From Nanobdellota archaeon (GTDB lineage Archaea; Nanobdellota; Nanobdellia; Woesearchaeales; CG1-02-33-12): DNA of 41,220 bases. The position numbers were made by a program, and so were the translations under genes. Of the stretch, positions 18,164-28,727 are shown in pieces. Numbering within the stretch: the stretch's first letter is position 1; each line of letters starts with the position of its first letter. The DNA lies in contig JAHJQG010000036.1 in assembly GCA_018819345.1 (NCBI GenBank), positions 1 through 41,220 of the forward strand, read 5' to 3'. The notes beneath the pieces are model-generated. The model was not told the origin of the DNA, ran no database searches, and was given only the letters and a program-made list of their open reading frames with translations.

Positions 18164-18659
18164 AGCACAGGTTTTTTCCATTGATTTAATAATAGGGATT
18201 ATTATTTTTGGGTCAGCCATCTTAATCTATTATAAGAGTGCAACAAACCTTTCTGACCAGGATGAGGCATTGCTCGATGACCTTCTTATTGATGCCAAGA
18301 CAATTTCCAGCTCACTAATGAGCCAGGGTTACCCCTATAACTGGAGCAAGGATGATGTGGTGAGAATTGGAATAAGCAATGATAACAGAATTAATGAAAC
18401 AAAGCTTGAAGAGTTTTCAATGATTTCTTACAAGGAAAGCAGAAAGCTTTTTGGAACAATCTATGATTATTATGTTTTTTTCAGGGGAAGAAATAATAAT
18501 ATCATAAGTTTTAATGAATCTCTTGAAGGAGTAGGCAAGCCAGGAGTTAATTCCACAAACATACAGACTGTTGAGAACCCAAAAAAACTTGTTAAGGTAA
18601 CAAGGCTTGTGATTAAGGATCTGGATATTGCGAAAATGGTGATATATTTATGGTATTAA
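18144..18659 (+). CDS. Minor pilin
   Basis: TKA/QVFSIDLIIGIIIF; SQGYPYNW...VVRIGI. Confidence 0.8.
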   Translation: MLFILTKAQVFSIDLIIGIIIFGSAILIYYKSATNLSDQDEALLDDLLIDAKTISSSLMSQGYPYNWSKDDVVRIGISNDNRINETKLEEFSMISYKESRKLFGTIYDYYVFFRGRNNNIISFNESLEGVGKPGVNSTNIQTVENPKKLVKVTRLVIKDLDIAKMVIYLWY

Positions 18660-20479
18660 AAAAAGGTTTTCTTTTCACAATTGACTCAATAATTGGTGCA
18701 AGTATAATAATTATGGGGCTTTTATTAGTTAACTCTTTTTATATAGTTGAGCCATCATATACAAGCCTTGATTATGCATCACATGACCTGATTAGTGCAT
18801 TATCAAGGCTAAAGATTAGCGAGGTTAATAATGCTTATGTTGATGAGCTTATATCAAGCGGGGAGATAACAAATACTGACAATAGTATTTTAGAGCAGAT
18901 AGGTGAGTTCTGGGCACTTGACAAGATTGACAAGGCAGGCAACTTAACAAAAGAATTCACTAATGATTTTGTTGATGAGAATCTTGGTTTTGGGTTTTAT
19001 ATAGAAGGAGAAAAAATTTATTCCAAGGATAAAAGTCATAGTGGAATATCAATAACATCAAAAAAGATGATATCCGGCATACAAAGATACAGGACAAGAG
19101 AGGGCTTTACTGCAAGGGCAATTGCAACAAAAGTAAGCAAAAACACAACAGAGGTTTTTATGATAAATCCCAAAGGGAGCTCACACGGACCAGGCAACAA
19201 AGCGTATCTCACAAAGAAATTTTATCTTAATTCCAGTAATATAATAAATGCTACTTTATTCATATCAGTTCACTGGGGAACAAGCAGCACCCAGTCAAAT
19301 AAATTTTATATAAATAACCATGCAATAAATGTGGGAAATCCATGGCTTTATGAGCAGGAAAAAAACAAAACACACATCGGCTTTGATGTTATTGACATAA
19401 CGAATTATGTTACAAGCGGATGGAACGAGCTGAAAATAGAGCTTATAATCCAATCTGATGACCATACCCATATCCATCCAGGCTCAAAAATAATTGTTGA
19501 ATATGAAAGCAGTGGAAAGTTTGTTCCCTCAAAAATAGTGGAAAAAAGGCTTTATTTTGATAATGTTTTAAGCAAGGGAGGCCAGAATCTAAATAAGGCA
19601 ACTGGTGCATGGTCTGTGCTGCCTGTTTTTGTTCCAAAAGGAGTAATTATAAAAAATGCAACCCTGCATGTTGTTGGAAAAGAGCTTAAGAGTTTTGGAA
19701 TTCCTGAAGAAGTTCCTGAAAAGGGCAATGTGCAGCTTTATTTGAATGATGGGAAAATAGAAATATTAAATATAACTGGAACCCTAAACAAATCATATAA
19801 TATTAAGGATAATCTTAATGAAGGAACTAATGTTATAAGCATTTATCTTAACTGCTACCCAGACTATTTCTTTGGCAAGGATGATACATTACTTTATTCT
19901 GACCCTGAAAATGACCCAGAAGACTCATCCTATGTTGATATAAAATATGAAATTATTGACACTGCAAAACTGAAATATGGAAAGATTGATATTTCTATTG
20001 TTGAAAGATTTAATAAAAGCATGAGCACTAACAAATCATACACAAAGGATTTTGAAGATTATGATGTTATTGAATCATTTATTCAGGTTGCACAGCTTGA
20101 CAGTGGTATAGTTAATGTAAAAGCAAACAGCCAGAATATTTTTACAACACCCAGGCCTCTTGCAACTCCATCTTCCATTTACATAGATTCTGATTATCTT
20201 CTTGAAGGGGAAAATAACTTTAATGTCTTTGATTCATGTGATGACTGCTATATCCTTAATGAAACAACCCTGCAGTACTATATTCTTATACCCTCCTTAG
20301 TTGGATATGGCCAGATATTTGACAGCGAGGAAGAGGCCATTGCAGATGCAGAGGAAAGATTAAATTTGCTATTGGGTGATTATGTGCAGGCAACCCAGAT
20401 GGACAGGGAAGTAAACCCTATTGGAGGTGTTCCTTCCCTATGGGGCCCTATAATAGCAGAGGTGAGGGCATGGCATTAA
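18650..20479 (+). CDS. Large minor pilin / candidate tip adhesin
   Basis: KKG/FLFTIDSIIG; repeated beta domains ending GWNEL/GTNVI/GENNF; C-terminal VPSLWGPIIAEVRAW. Confidence 0.78.
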   Translation: MVLKKGFLFTIDSIIGASIIIMGLLLVNSFYIVEPSYTSLDYASHDLISALSRLKISEVNNAYVDELISSGEITNTDNSILEQIGEFWALDKIDKAGNLTKEFTNDFVDENLGFGFYIEGEKIYSKDKSHSGISITSKKMISGIQRYRTREGFTARAIATKVSKNTTEVFMINPKGSSHGPGNKAYLTKKFYLNSSNIINATLFISVHWGTSSTQSNKFYINNHAINVGNPWLYEQEKNKTHIGFDVIDITNYVTSGWNELKIELIIQSDDHTHIHPGSKIIVEYESSGKFVPSKIVEKRLYFDNVLSKGGQNLNKATGAWSVLPVFVPKGVIIKNATLHVVGKELKSFGIPEEVPEKGNVQLYLNDGKIEILNITGTLNKSYNIKDNLNEGTNVISIYLNCYPDYFFGKDDTLLYSDPENDPEDSSYVDIKYEIIDTAKLKYGKIDISIVERFNKSMSTNKSYTKDFEDYDVIESFIQVAQLDSGIVNVKANSQNIFTTPRPLATPSSIYIDSDYLLEGENNFNVFDSCDDCYILNETTLQYYILIPSLVGYGQIFDSEEEAIADAEERLNLLLGDYVQATQMDREVNPIGGVPSLWGPIIAEVRAWH

Positions 20480-21402
20480 ACAAAAAAAGTATGTTCTTTA
20501 GTATAATTGCAATTGCACTCATATCCCTAATAATATTTTCATTCACAACTTATACTAGCTACAAGCTGAGGGATAAGGTTATGGTTACTGAAACAAGGAT
20601 TTACTCTATGAACAGTTTTATAGATGATATTGAAAAAGATATAGAGAGAGGCCTTTATATCTCAGGATTCAGGTCATTGATGAGCATGGAGCAGTACATA
20701 ACAGATAATGGAATATTTTTGTATGATGTAAACTCCTGCTTTAAAGAAGCTTTTTTGAATGGAACAATTAATAATTCGCAAATGGGCCTTATGAATGAAT
20801 CAACATTTATCAACTGGACTCAAAGAATAAAAGAGCAGGCAATAAAACTGGATATAATAGTTGAGTTTGATGTACATGATGTGACTATCTACCAAAAAAA
20901 CCCATGGGCAGCAAATATTGGCATTAATGTAACACTAAATGTTGAAGATGTTAAGAAAACTGCCTCATGGAAAAGGCCCCTCTACATAACAACAAATATC
21001 AGCATACAGGAATTTGAGGATCCTTTATATGTAATAAACAGCTATGGCAGGGTTACTAACACAATAATAAAAACAAATATTACAGACTTTGTTGTTAATA
21101 ATGACACAACAAACCTTAAAACCCATGTTAATAATTCATATTATATTGAATCAGATACAGCCCCTAGCTTTTTGATGAGGCTGGAAGGAAATCTTTCAAA
21201 CTCATTATATGGCATTGAAAGCCTTGTGAATTTAGAGGAATTCCAGGCACAGGAAGTTCCTATTAGGGATAGAAGCGTTGTTGATTATATATATTTTGGA
21301 GACCAGACAACAACCAACTATAACATTAAGGATATGCCCTCATGGTTTAAGCTGGATGAAGAGCATCTTGAAACATATGAATGCGAGGATTTAACTGAAT
21401 GA
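20470..21402 (+). CDS. Minor pilin-like protein
   Basis: MALNKKS/MFFSIIAIALI; SD GGTGAGG supports ATG 20470; FEDPLY and APSFLMRLEG motifs. Confidence 0.78.
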   Translation: MALNKKSMFFSIIAIALISLIIFSFTTYTSYKLRDKVMVTETRIYSMNSFIDDIEKDIERGLYISGFRSLMSMEQYITDNGIFLYDVNSCFKEAFLNGTINNSQMGLMNESTFINWTQRIKEQAIKLDIIVEFDVHDVTIYQKNPWAANIGINVTLNVEDVKKTASWKRPLYITTNISIQEFEDPLYVINSYGRVTNTIIKTNITDFVVNNDTTNLKTHVNNSYYIESDTAPSFLMRLEGNLSNSLYGIESLVNLEEFQAQEVPIRDRSVVDYIYFGDQTTTNYNIKDMPSWFKLDEEHLETYECEDLTE

Positions 21403-21427
21403 TAGCTTCAGTAAACTTTGATAAAAA

Positions 21428-21895
21428 TTATGTTCTTAGCTTTCTCTTGATTTCTTCCTTTAGTTTTTTAATATAAAGATTAAATTGAAGTTCTACTTCT
21501 TTCCAATCCTCAGAACTTATTGGTGTACCATAATAATTAATTCCATTCCTTTTTGTTCTTACTTTTTCAAAAAAATCCCAGTTGAACTCCAGTTCTGGAT
21601 GTTTTTCACAAAGATATGCAAATAAACATTGGTGCTTATCAATCTTTATATTCTTAAATCTTAAATAAGACTCACTTAACTCATGCAGTGCATCATAATA
21701 TAATTTATAAACGCTATTCCATTGATTACTTTGTTTTGAAAGATTTTTCTTGATAGAATTTGCTGATTCAATATCCCCTTCTGCAATTTTAAGGGTAGCT
21801 TTTATCTTTTCAATATCAGTTTCTTCTATTACAATAAATCTCCCTTCTTTTTTACATTTCAAAAATGCTTCTTTCTGATTTAGGTATTCAGGCAT
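21428..21895 (-). CDS. HEPN-domain putative toxin
   Basis: Helical protein with YYDALHEL and RTKRNGINYYG (R-x4-H-like with Tyr); overlaps the upstream MNT gene. Confidence 0.72.
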   Translation of the reverse strand: MPEYLNQKEAFLKCKKEGRFIVIEETDIEKIKATLKIAEGDIESANSIKKNLSKQSNQWNSVYKLYYDALHELSESYLRFKNIKIDKHQCLFAYLCEKHPELEFNWDFFEKVRTKRNGINYYGTPISSEDWKEVELQFNLYIKKLKEEIKRKLRT

Positions 21896-22436
21896 TTATA
21901 CCCACCCTCACAAAGTCCATATCCCCTTTAATAAGGTTACCCTTAATAATGTTTCTAATTAATCCTTCTCCAAGCTTAGATAAGTCTTTTTTATTTTGAC
22001 AGATAAATAATTGAATATCTCTATGTAGTTTTAATTCGTAATCTACTATTCTAAGTCCTTTAGGATCACCATAAATAAAAATATCGATATCACTGTTCTT
22101 ATACCAATCAGAACGCGAAAAACTTCCAAAAAGAATTATTGTTTTAGCTTTTTCTAAATATCCTAAATGGTTCAAAAGACCACTTTCATATAATTTGGTT
22201 AGTCCAAATATTCTTTTTCTATTTTTATATTTGGGAGAATCATAACTACTTATGTAGTAAGGCATTTTACCTTTTTTCTTTATTCTTTTGATTAATCCTT
22301 CTTTAATAAACTGTTTAAGCCATCTGTCTGCCTTACTTCTAGTAATTTTTGCTCCCTTAACTATTTCTTCAAAATGCCATTCTCTAGTTGGACTTTCAAA
22401 AAATAATTCCACAACTTTTTCTTCTTTACTTTGCAT
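21888..22436 (-). CDS. wHTH-fused minimal nucleotidyltransferase (MNT) antitoxin
   Basis: LFGSFSRSDWYKNSDIDIFI (GS-x10-DxD); N-terminal HTH; start re-assigned to ATG 22436 (MQSKEEK), about 25 nt below the TATA. Confidence 0.85.
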   Translation of the reverse strand: MQSKEEKVVELFFESPTREWHFEEIVKGAKITRSKADRWLKQFIKEGLIKRIKKKGKMPYYISSYDSPKYKNRKRIFGLTKLYESGLLNHLGYLEKAKTIILFGSFSRSDWYKNSDIDIFIYGDPKGLRIVDYELKLHRDIQLFICQNKKDLSKLGEGLIRNIIKGNLIKGDMDFVRVGINA

Positions 22437-22438
22437 AA

Positions 22439-22472
22439 TAGTACCGATAATGGGAACTAATTTATAAACTTT
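22439..22472 (-). promoter_or_regulatory. TA promoter (BRE/TATA) with palindromic operator
   Basis: AAAGTTTATAAA on the minus strand (TATA 22461-22468); imperfect palindrome TAGTACCGATAATGGGAACTA 22439-22459, 16 of 21 positions symmetric. Confidence 0.65.
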
Positions 22473-22648
22473 TCTCTTTTTAACGGAAAACTGCCCTTTG
22501 CTTTTTGTTCTTGATGCATTTCCTTGATTGCTCACTTTGTTCGCTTGATTAGAAAGTTTTGTTTTATATAAATCCTATAAAGCTTACTGCAGAGTAAGAC
22601 CTGATTTTCGATAGATATTTATATTTAAAAGGAATTTTTTAAGATAAG

Positions 22649-23812
22649 ATGGTTCAGGCTCCATTACTAAAAACAGGTGTTGACAGGCTGGTAAGCCTTA
22701 TTAAAGAGAAAAAAAGAATTTCTGTTCCACAGGCAGCAAAAGAGCTTGGTATAAGCCAGGTAGTTGTTGAGGAATGGGCTGACTTTCTTGAGGAGGATGG
22801 CATCATAAGCATTGATTATAAATTTGCAACCCCCTGGCTTATTGAGAGAAAACTGAAAAAAGAGGAGATTGAAAAAAAAATCAAGGAGTTTCATGGGAAA
22901 AAAGATGTTATTGTAAGAAGGTCAGAGTCATTATTAAGCTTTCTGGATAGAGAAGGAGAAAGTATCTCAAAGATTAGAGAAGAATTCAAAAATATAAGAG
23001 AAGATATACACACTGAAGCAGATAATGTAAAAAAAGAACTTAAAGAGCTTGAAAGATATGAGGAACTGAAAAAGAAAGCTGATGATCAGCTAAAAAAACA
23101 AGACCAGGTTTTTGCAGACAAAATCAAGCAAATGGATGGGCAGATTATCAGAGCCCAGAGGAAATACTCAGAACTCCTGAAAGAAATAGGTGCAGAGGAA
23201 AAAATAATAAAAACAGAAAGATTAAAGACAGGCTCAATAAGAAAAACTGAGGAATCATTAAAGCAGAAAATTAAAAAAATTGATGGTAGTATAGATAAAG
23301 TCAAGCAGAAGATTAAGTCAGAAGATATCTATATTGAAGACTTAGAATCCCATATAAAAAGATTAAAAGAGCTGGCAGAGGACACAAGAGAAACAATTAA
23401 TCTGCAAAAAAAGAAAATCATGCCACTAGCCAAAGAAAGCAGGGAGTATGAGAAAAAAGTAATGCAATCGCAAAAAGAGATTTTAAAAAAGGTTTTTGAA
23501 GGGGGCGGGATAATCAAAAAGGATATCAATGAAATTAAAAGACTATCAGACAAATTCAAGGAGTTCTTTGAAAAAAGGATGGAAACAACAAATCTGATTG
23601 AGAAAATCAATGATGACAGAAACAGTCTGAAGAAAGAATTAAATGAGTTTATTGCAAAGGCAAAGGCATTCAGCATATCATCACAGTCAGCAGATATCCA
23701 AAAGCAGATTGATATAATGGAAAAAAAGTTCAAGGAGGTTGACCAAAAAAAGAATATTTTTGAAAAAGAGATTAGGGAATTATGTAGCCTAATCAAAAAA
23801 AAGGGTTTTTAG
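22649..23812 (+). CDS. wHTH plus long coiled-coil protein preceding the pilus ATPase
   Basis: TGVDRLVSLIKEKKRISVPQAAKELG...VEEWADFLEEDGIISIDY, then about 300 aa of K/E-rich heptads. Confidence 0.75.
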   Translation: MVQAPLLKTGVDRLVSLIKEKKRISVPQAAKELGISQVVVEEWADFLEEDGIISIDYKFATPWLIERKLKKEEIEKKIKEFHGKKDVIVRRSESLLSFLDREGESISKIREEFKNIREDIHTEADNVKKELKELERYEELKKKADDQLKKQDQVFADKIKQMDGQIIRAQRKYSELLKEIGAEEKIIKTERLKTGSIRKTEESLKQKIKKIDGSIDKVKQKIKSEDIYIEDLESHIKRLKELAEDTRETINLQKKKIMPLAKESREYEKKVMQSQKEILKKVFEGGGIIKKDINEIKRLSDKFKEFFEKRMETTNLIEKINDDRNSLKKELNEFIAKAKAFSISSQSADIQKQIDIMEKKFKEVDQKKNIFEKEIRELCSLIKKKGF

Positions 23813-23856
23813 GAAATTTAGTTTAAAACTAAAAATCTAAAAAAGAGGTTGATTTT

Positions 23857-25443
23857 ATGGCAGTAAAAGATGAATATAATTTTATTTCTAATGAAATCCC
23901 TATAAAAATAAGGATTTACACAGAAAAAAAAGAGTTTGTGCCAATATATGATGTCTCTATATCCAGCATAAGCAAGAACACAGAGATAATACTTGAGAAG
24001 ATAAGGCAGGAGCTTATCACAGAGGTCAACCTTGGCATAATTGATATAATAGACATAAAGAAGAGCGATCTGATTGAACAGAGATTTAAGGAAACAATTG
24101 ACCTGTTAGTAAAAAAGCATTTCCCCGATGTTAACAAGAGAACAATGAAATTCCTTAAGTCATATCTAATACAAAAAAGCCTTGGCATGGGCAATATAGA
24201 AATCCTTATGAATGATAATAATCTTGAGGAGATAGCCATTAATAATGCAGAAGAGCCGGTCTGGATATATCATAGAAAGCATGGCTGGCTTAAGACAAAT
24301 ATAACCATTGAGAGTGAAGAGCAGATAAAGCACTATGCATCTTTAATAGGCAAGAAAGTAGGAAGGCAGATAACTGTCCTTGAGCCATTAATGGACGCTA
24401 ACCTCAGTACAGGCGATAGGGTAAACTCAACACTCTTGCCAATCTCACTCAAGGGAAACACAATAACCATAAGAAAGTTCGCAGCAAAGCCATGGACAAT
24501 TACAGACTTTATAAAGAACAAGACAATTTCTGCTGAGGCAGCAGCCCTTGTCTGGCTTGGTGTTCAGTATGAGTTATCAATAATAATATCTGGTGGAACT
24601 GCAACTGGAAAAACCTCTATGCTCAATGTTGTCTCAAACTTCTTCCCTCCAAACCAGAGAATAATATCAATTGAGGATACGCATGAGATACAACTGCCTA
24701 AATTTTTACATTGGATCCCCATGATAACAAGGCTGCCTAATCCCGAAGGAAGAGGTGCTATAACAATGCTTGACTTATTGGTTAATTCGCTTAGGATGAG
24801 GCCGGACAGGATTGTTGTTGGAGAGATAAGAAGAAAAAAAGAGGCAGAAGTACTATTTGAGGCAATTCACACAGGCCATTCTGTCTATGCAACTGTTCAT
24901 GCAAACGATACAAATGAAACAATAACAAGACTGACAAATCCCCCTATTGAGGTTCCAAAATCAATGCTCCCAGCTATTTCAATGATCCTAGTCCAGTACA
25001 GGAATAGGAGAACTGGAATAAGAAGAACCTTTCAGATATCAGAAATACTTCCTGACAGCAGCACAAGTGTTTTAATCCAGCTGAATATAAAGAAAGACAA
25101 GCTTGAAAAAGCAAATAATTCTGTTTCTGTTATGAAGACCCTGGAGATGTTCACTGGTATGACAAAGAATGAGATAAATAAAGATATCAAGGAAAAAGAG
25201 CTTGTTCTGAAATATCTTGTTAAACATAACATAGATACTGTTGATGATGTTGGAGGGGTTATGGCTGAGTACTATACAGATAAGGATAACTTCATGAAGA
25301 TTGTAAGATCAAACAAAGCACTTATGTTTGAGAAAAAAGAAACAGCAGAAATTGAAGAAAAGAAGAAATCTGTTAATTTAACTAAGAAAAAGGTGGCTCT
25401 AAAAAAGAAGAAAAGTGCTAGACCAATTAGGAAGAAAAGGTGA
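23857..25443 (+). CDS. Type IV pilus / type II-IV secretion assembly ATPase (CpaF/TadA/VirB11 family)
   Basis: Walker A GGTATGKT, Asp box SIEDTHE, LRMRPDRIVVGE, His box HTGH...TVHA. Confidence 0.95.
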   Translation: MAVKDEYNFISNEIPIKIRIYTEKKEFVPIYDVSISSISKNTEIILEKIRQELITEVNLGIIDIIDIKKSDLIEQRFKETIDLLVKKHFPDVNKRTMKFLKSYLIQKSLGMGNIEILMNDNNLEEIAINNAEEPVWIYHRKHGWLKTNITIESEEQIKHYASLIGKKVGRQITVLEPLMDANLSTGDRVNSTLLPISLKGNTITIRKFAAKPWTITDFIKNKTISAEAAALVWLGVQYELSIIISGGTATGKTSMLNVVSNFFPPNQRIISIEDTHEIQLPKFLHWIPMITRLPNPEGRGAITMLDLLVNSLRMRPDRIVVGEIRRKKEAEVLFEAIHTGHSVYATVHANDTNETITRLTNPPIEVPKSMLPAISMILVQYRNRRTGIRRTFQISEILPDSSTSVLIQLNIKKDKLEKANNSVSVMKTLEMFTGMTKNEINKDIKEKELVLKYLVKHNIDTVDDVGGVMAEYYTDKDNFMKIVRSNKALMFEKKETAEIEEKKKSVNLTKKKVALKKKKSARPIRKKR

Positions 25444-26267
25444 TTTATATCAGTAATGTATTAATCAAAAGGATTGCAAGGACTCTTCCTGGGCTTAACA
25501 CAAAGTTAAAACAAGCAGGCATGTTTGACACACCCGAGGAATTTGTCAAGAAGACACTCTTATCTACATTCTACCTTACAACAGGAATAACTGCCCTGGT
25601 TGTAACAGTACTTACCAAACTGGAGGTATTATCAAGCATAATCTATTTTGCTTTCCCGCTGTTTATGTTCTTCATTATGTTTTTCTACATGCTCAAGGTG
25701 CCTGATGTTAAGATATTAAGAAAGGAAAGAGAGATAAGCAGGGAGATTGTTTTTGCAGGCCGATTTCTTATAATAGAGCTTGAATCAGGGGTTTCTCTGT
25801 ATGATGCAATGGTCAATGTCTCAAAAAACTATAAAGTAATTGGAGAATACTTTAAGGAAATAATAGACAAGGTATCTATGGGAACAACAATGGAGGATGC
25901 AATAAATGAAACAATAGAAACAACGCCTTCATCAAACTTAACAAAAGTTTTGTGGCAGATACTTAACTCGCTTAGGACAGGGGCAGATATCTCAAGCTCG
26001 CTTTCAAGCATACTTGACCAAATTGTTCGTGAGCAAATCATTGAAGTAAAGGAATATGGAAGAAAGCTGAACCCATTGGCAATGTTCTATATGATGGTGG
26101 CAATTATAGTGCCTTCATTGGGCATAACAATGCTTATTGTACTTACAACATTTATCTCAATCAAGATTGATTTGGCTGCTTTGCTAACAATAGCATTATT
26201 TCTTGGATTTATTCAATATATGTTTCTCTCAATTATAAAATCCTCAAGACCTGCGGTGGAAATATGA
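25440..26267 (+). CDS. Type II secretion system F / TadC-like membrane platform protein
   Basis: ELESGVSLYDAM, FKEIIDKVSMG, QILNSLRTGADI; several TM helices. Confidence 0.88.
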   Translation: MIYISNVLIKRIARTLPGLNTKLKQAGMFDTPEEFVKKTLLSTFYLTTGITALVVTVLTKLEVLSSIIYFAFPLFMFFIMFFYMLKVPDVKILRKEREISREIVFAGRFLIIELESGVSLYDAMVNVSKNYKVIGEYFKEIIDKVSMGTTMEDAINETIETTPSSNLTKVLWQILNSLRTGADISSSLSSILDQIVREQIIEVKEYGRKLNPLAMFYMMVAIIVPSLGITMLIVLTTFISIKIDLAALLTIALFLGFIQYMFLSIIKSSRPAVEI

Positions 26268-27376
26268 AGATAAAAGAACTGTTTAAATCATCAAAAAAAA
26301 CAAAGGAGACAAAAGAAAAGAGTCAGGAAAAGAGTATTGAGGAAAGAGTCACGTTATACAGGAAGCTTCAGAAACAGAAAAAAAAGAAGTCGGTGATGGA
26401 GCACAGAAGGAATAGATTAAGGTATTACTTACAGAGAGCAGGTTTTGTTGTAGAATCAAACAAGTTATCAAAAATAATTTTTAACTTATGTGTTTTCCTG
26501 AATTTAATAATCTCATTTTACCTTATTTATCGTTTCTCAACTGACTTGAAATATGGTGTTTTATATGTTGGCCTTGTTATGTTTCTTGTATGGGCATTTT
26601 TATTTATTATGCTCCTGCTAATGCTGTGGTTACTATTTTATTTTATCATTGACCTAAGGATATTTAAGAGAAGGATTGGAATAGAAGATGTACTTGCAGA
26701 CTTTTTACAATTAACATCTGCTAATATAAGGGCAGGCATGCCTATTGACAGGGCATTATGGTATGCTGTAAGGCCGCAATTTGGGGTTTTAGCCAGTGAG
26801 ATAGAGATGGTTGCAAAAGAGACAATGAGTGGTGAAGATCTTGAGGGAGCTCTTAGAAAGTTTGCAGAAAAATATGATTCAATCATGCTAAAACGTTCAA
26901 TAAATCTTCTTGTTGAAGGTATAGCTGCTGGCGGTGAAATAGGTGATTTGCTTAATAAAATAGCAATTGATATACAAGAGTCAAGGATTATGAAGAAAGA
27001 GCTGTCAGCCAATGTCACAACATATGTCATATTCATTACATTTGCAACAATAGTTGCAGCACCATTATTGTTTGCATTGTCGAGCCATCTGCTTTTTATA
27101 GTAAGCAACCTTATGCTAAAGCTTGACGTACCTTCGGGAATAACAAATTTTTCTATCAATCTCTCTGGGGCTGGTATGTCTATTAAGGATTTTAGGATAT
27201 TTGCTATTACATGCCTTGTTATAACATCTTATTTTTCATCTGTGATAATTGCAACAATAAAAAAAGGGGAAATAAAAGCAGGAGTAAAATATATCCCAAT
27301 ATTCATGATCTCAACTATTGTGTTGTTCTTAATATTTTCAGTAGTTATTGGCAAGCTGTTTGGAAGCATTATCTGA
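26264..27376 (+). CDS. Second TadC/GspF-like membrane platform protein
   Basis: LADFLQLTSANIRAGMPIDRAL, FGVLASEI, GGEIGDLLNKIA. Confidence 0.88.
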   Translation: MKIKELFKSSKKTKETKEKSQEKSIEERVTLYRKLQKQKKKKSVMEHRRNRLRYYLQRAGFVVESNKLSKIIFNLCVFLNLIISFYLIYRFSTDLKYGVLYVGLVMFLVWAFLFIMLLLMLWLLFYFIIDLRIFKRRIGIEDVLADFLQLTSANIRAGMPIDRALWYAVRPQFGVLASEIEMVAKETMSGEDLEGALRKFAEKYDSIMLKRSINLLVEGIAAGGEIGDLLNKIAIDIQESRIMKKELSANVTTYVIFITFATIVAAPLLFALSSHLLFIVSNLMLKLDVPSGITNFSINLSGAGMSIKDFRIFAITCLVITSYFSSVIIATIKKGEIKAGVKYIPIFMISTIVLFLIFSVVIGKLFGSII

Positions 27377-27440
27377 TTTCTTTGGTTAGAAGCTATTTAA
27401 AAACATAAAACTTTTATAGAAAACAGCTTTTGATGAATGT

Positions 27441-28685
27441 ATGGAGCTTTTAAAACAGATTATTGATGGGTTAAGGCCAAAAAAAGATGTGGTTGATAAA
27501 TGTACTACTGTTTTAGATAGCATAAACTCTGAAATCAAAAAAAAGAATATCAAAGCAAGGGCTGTTCTTGGCGGCTCTATAGCAAAGGGAACTTTCTTAA
27601 AAGATGATTATGACTGCGATATCTTTGTTAAGTTTAATTTAAATTACAAAAAAAGGGATATATCTGATTTGCTTGAGAAAGTGCTTAAGATTTTTCCAAA
27701 GGTTAACAGGATTCACGGCTCAAGGGATTATTTTAATTTCAGATCAAATGGAATAAGCTTTGAGATTGTTCCTGTTCTGGATATAAAAAAAGCAGAACAA
27801 GCAGTTAATATAACAGACTGCTCACCCTTGCATGTTAAATGGGTAAAGAATAAGCTAAAGAAAAATCTAAAATTAGCAGATGAGATAAGGCTGGCAAAGG
27901 CATTCTGCAAAGCATGCAAGGTCTATGGTGCAGAGTCATATTTAAGGGGATTTTCAGGCCATGTTTTAGATATATTGACAATTTATTACAATGGATTTAT
28001 ACCTTTACTGAAAAATGCTGTTAAATGGAAAGAGCGAGAGGTTATTGATTTCAATGATTACTACAATGGCCGTGCTTTGGAAAGACTGAATAAATCAAAA
28101 CTAGGCCCTCTTGTTGTGATTGACCCTATACAGCCGGAGAGAAATGCTGCTGCTGTTTTAAGCAGGAAAAATTTCCTTTTGTTTAGGAAATCTGCAAAGA
28201 ATTTTTTGAAAAAGCCATCAAAAAAGTTTTTTGAGAAAAAAGAAATTACCATTGATGAGCTTAAAGAGAAATCAAAGGGCAAAAATCTTGTTTTGCTTGA
28301 TGTTAAGGCACTTGATGGAAAAGAGGATGTTGTTGGCTCCAAGCTTTTGAAGGCATTTAACTATATAAATAAAAAACTGGTTTTAAATGGCTTTACTGTT
28401 TATGGCAATGGATGGAAATGGGATAAGAAAAAAAAGGCCTTGTTCTGGTTTATTTTAAAGGATGAGATTTTACCTGAATCATTCAAGCGTGTTGGGCCAC
28501 CAGTCAAAAATAAGGAAAATGTTAAAGCATTTATGAAAAAGCACAAAAAAACATTCATCCAGGGCAGAAGAATCTGCGCAAATGTAAAAAGAGAATTCAG
28601 AAAGCCTGAAAACCTGATTAAAGCCATGAAAAAAGCCAAATACCTTAAACAAAGGGCCAAAAAAATAGAAATATTTATATACTAG
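27441..28685 (+). CDS. cca: Archaeal class I CCA-adding enzyme
   Basis: GGSIAKGTFLKDDYDCDIF, EIVPV, VYGAESYLRGFSG, VIDPIQPERNAAA, GPP. Confidence 0.93.
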   Translation: MELLKQIIDGLRPKKDVVDKCTTVLDSINSEIKKKNIKARAVLGGSIAKGTFLKDDYDCDIFVKFNLNYKKRDISDLLEKVLKIFPKVNRIHGSRDYFNFRSNGISFEIVPVLDIKKAEQAVNITDCSPLHVKWVKNKLKKNLKLADEIRLAKAFCKACKVYGAESYLRGFSGHVLDILTIYYNGFIPLLKNAVKWKEREVIDFNDYYNGRALERLNKSKLGPLVVIDPIQPERNAAAVLSRKNFLLFRKSAKNFLKKPSKKFFEKKEITIDELKEKSKGKNLVLLDVKALDGKEDVVGSKLLKAFNYINKKLVLNGFTVYGNGWKWDKKKKALFWFILKDEILPESFKRVGPPVKNKENVKAFMKKHKKTFIQGRRICANVKREFRKPENLIKAMKKAKYLKQRAKKIEIFIY

Positions 28686-28727
28686 TTTCTTAATAAATTA
28701 TATACTAATATACAAAAAGGTATAAGC

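Noticed and set aside
22437-22535. N-terminal extension of the MNT ORF in the track
   Set aside because: Covers the TATA box and operator; ATG 22436 fits leaderless spacing.
22470-22600. GTTAAAAAGA on the minus strand, GCTCACTTTGTTCGC and CTTACT-GCAG-AGTAAG near the TA module as possible cassette remnants
   Set aside because: No complementary AAC end after the HEPN gene, and loop polarity is opposite to that expected; too weak to call.
16764-27376. Archaellum operon
   Set aside because: No archaellin-type N-terminus, ArlH or ArlF/G recognised; the layout fits an adhesive type IV pilus.
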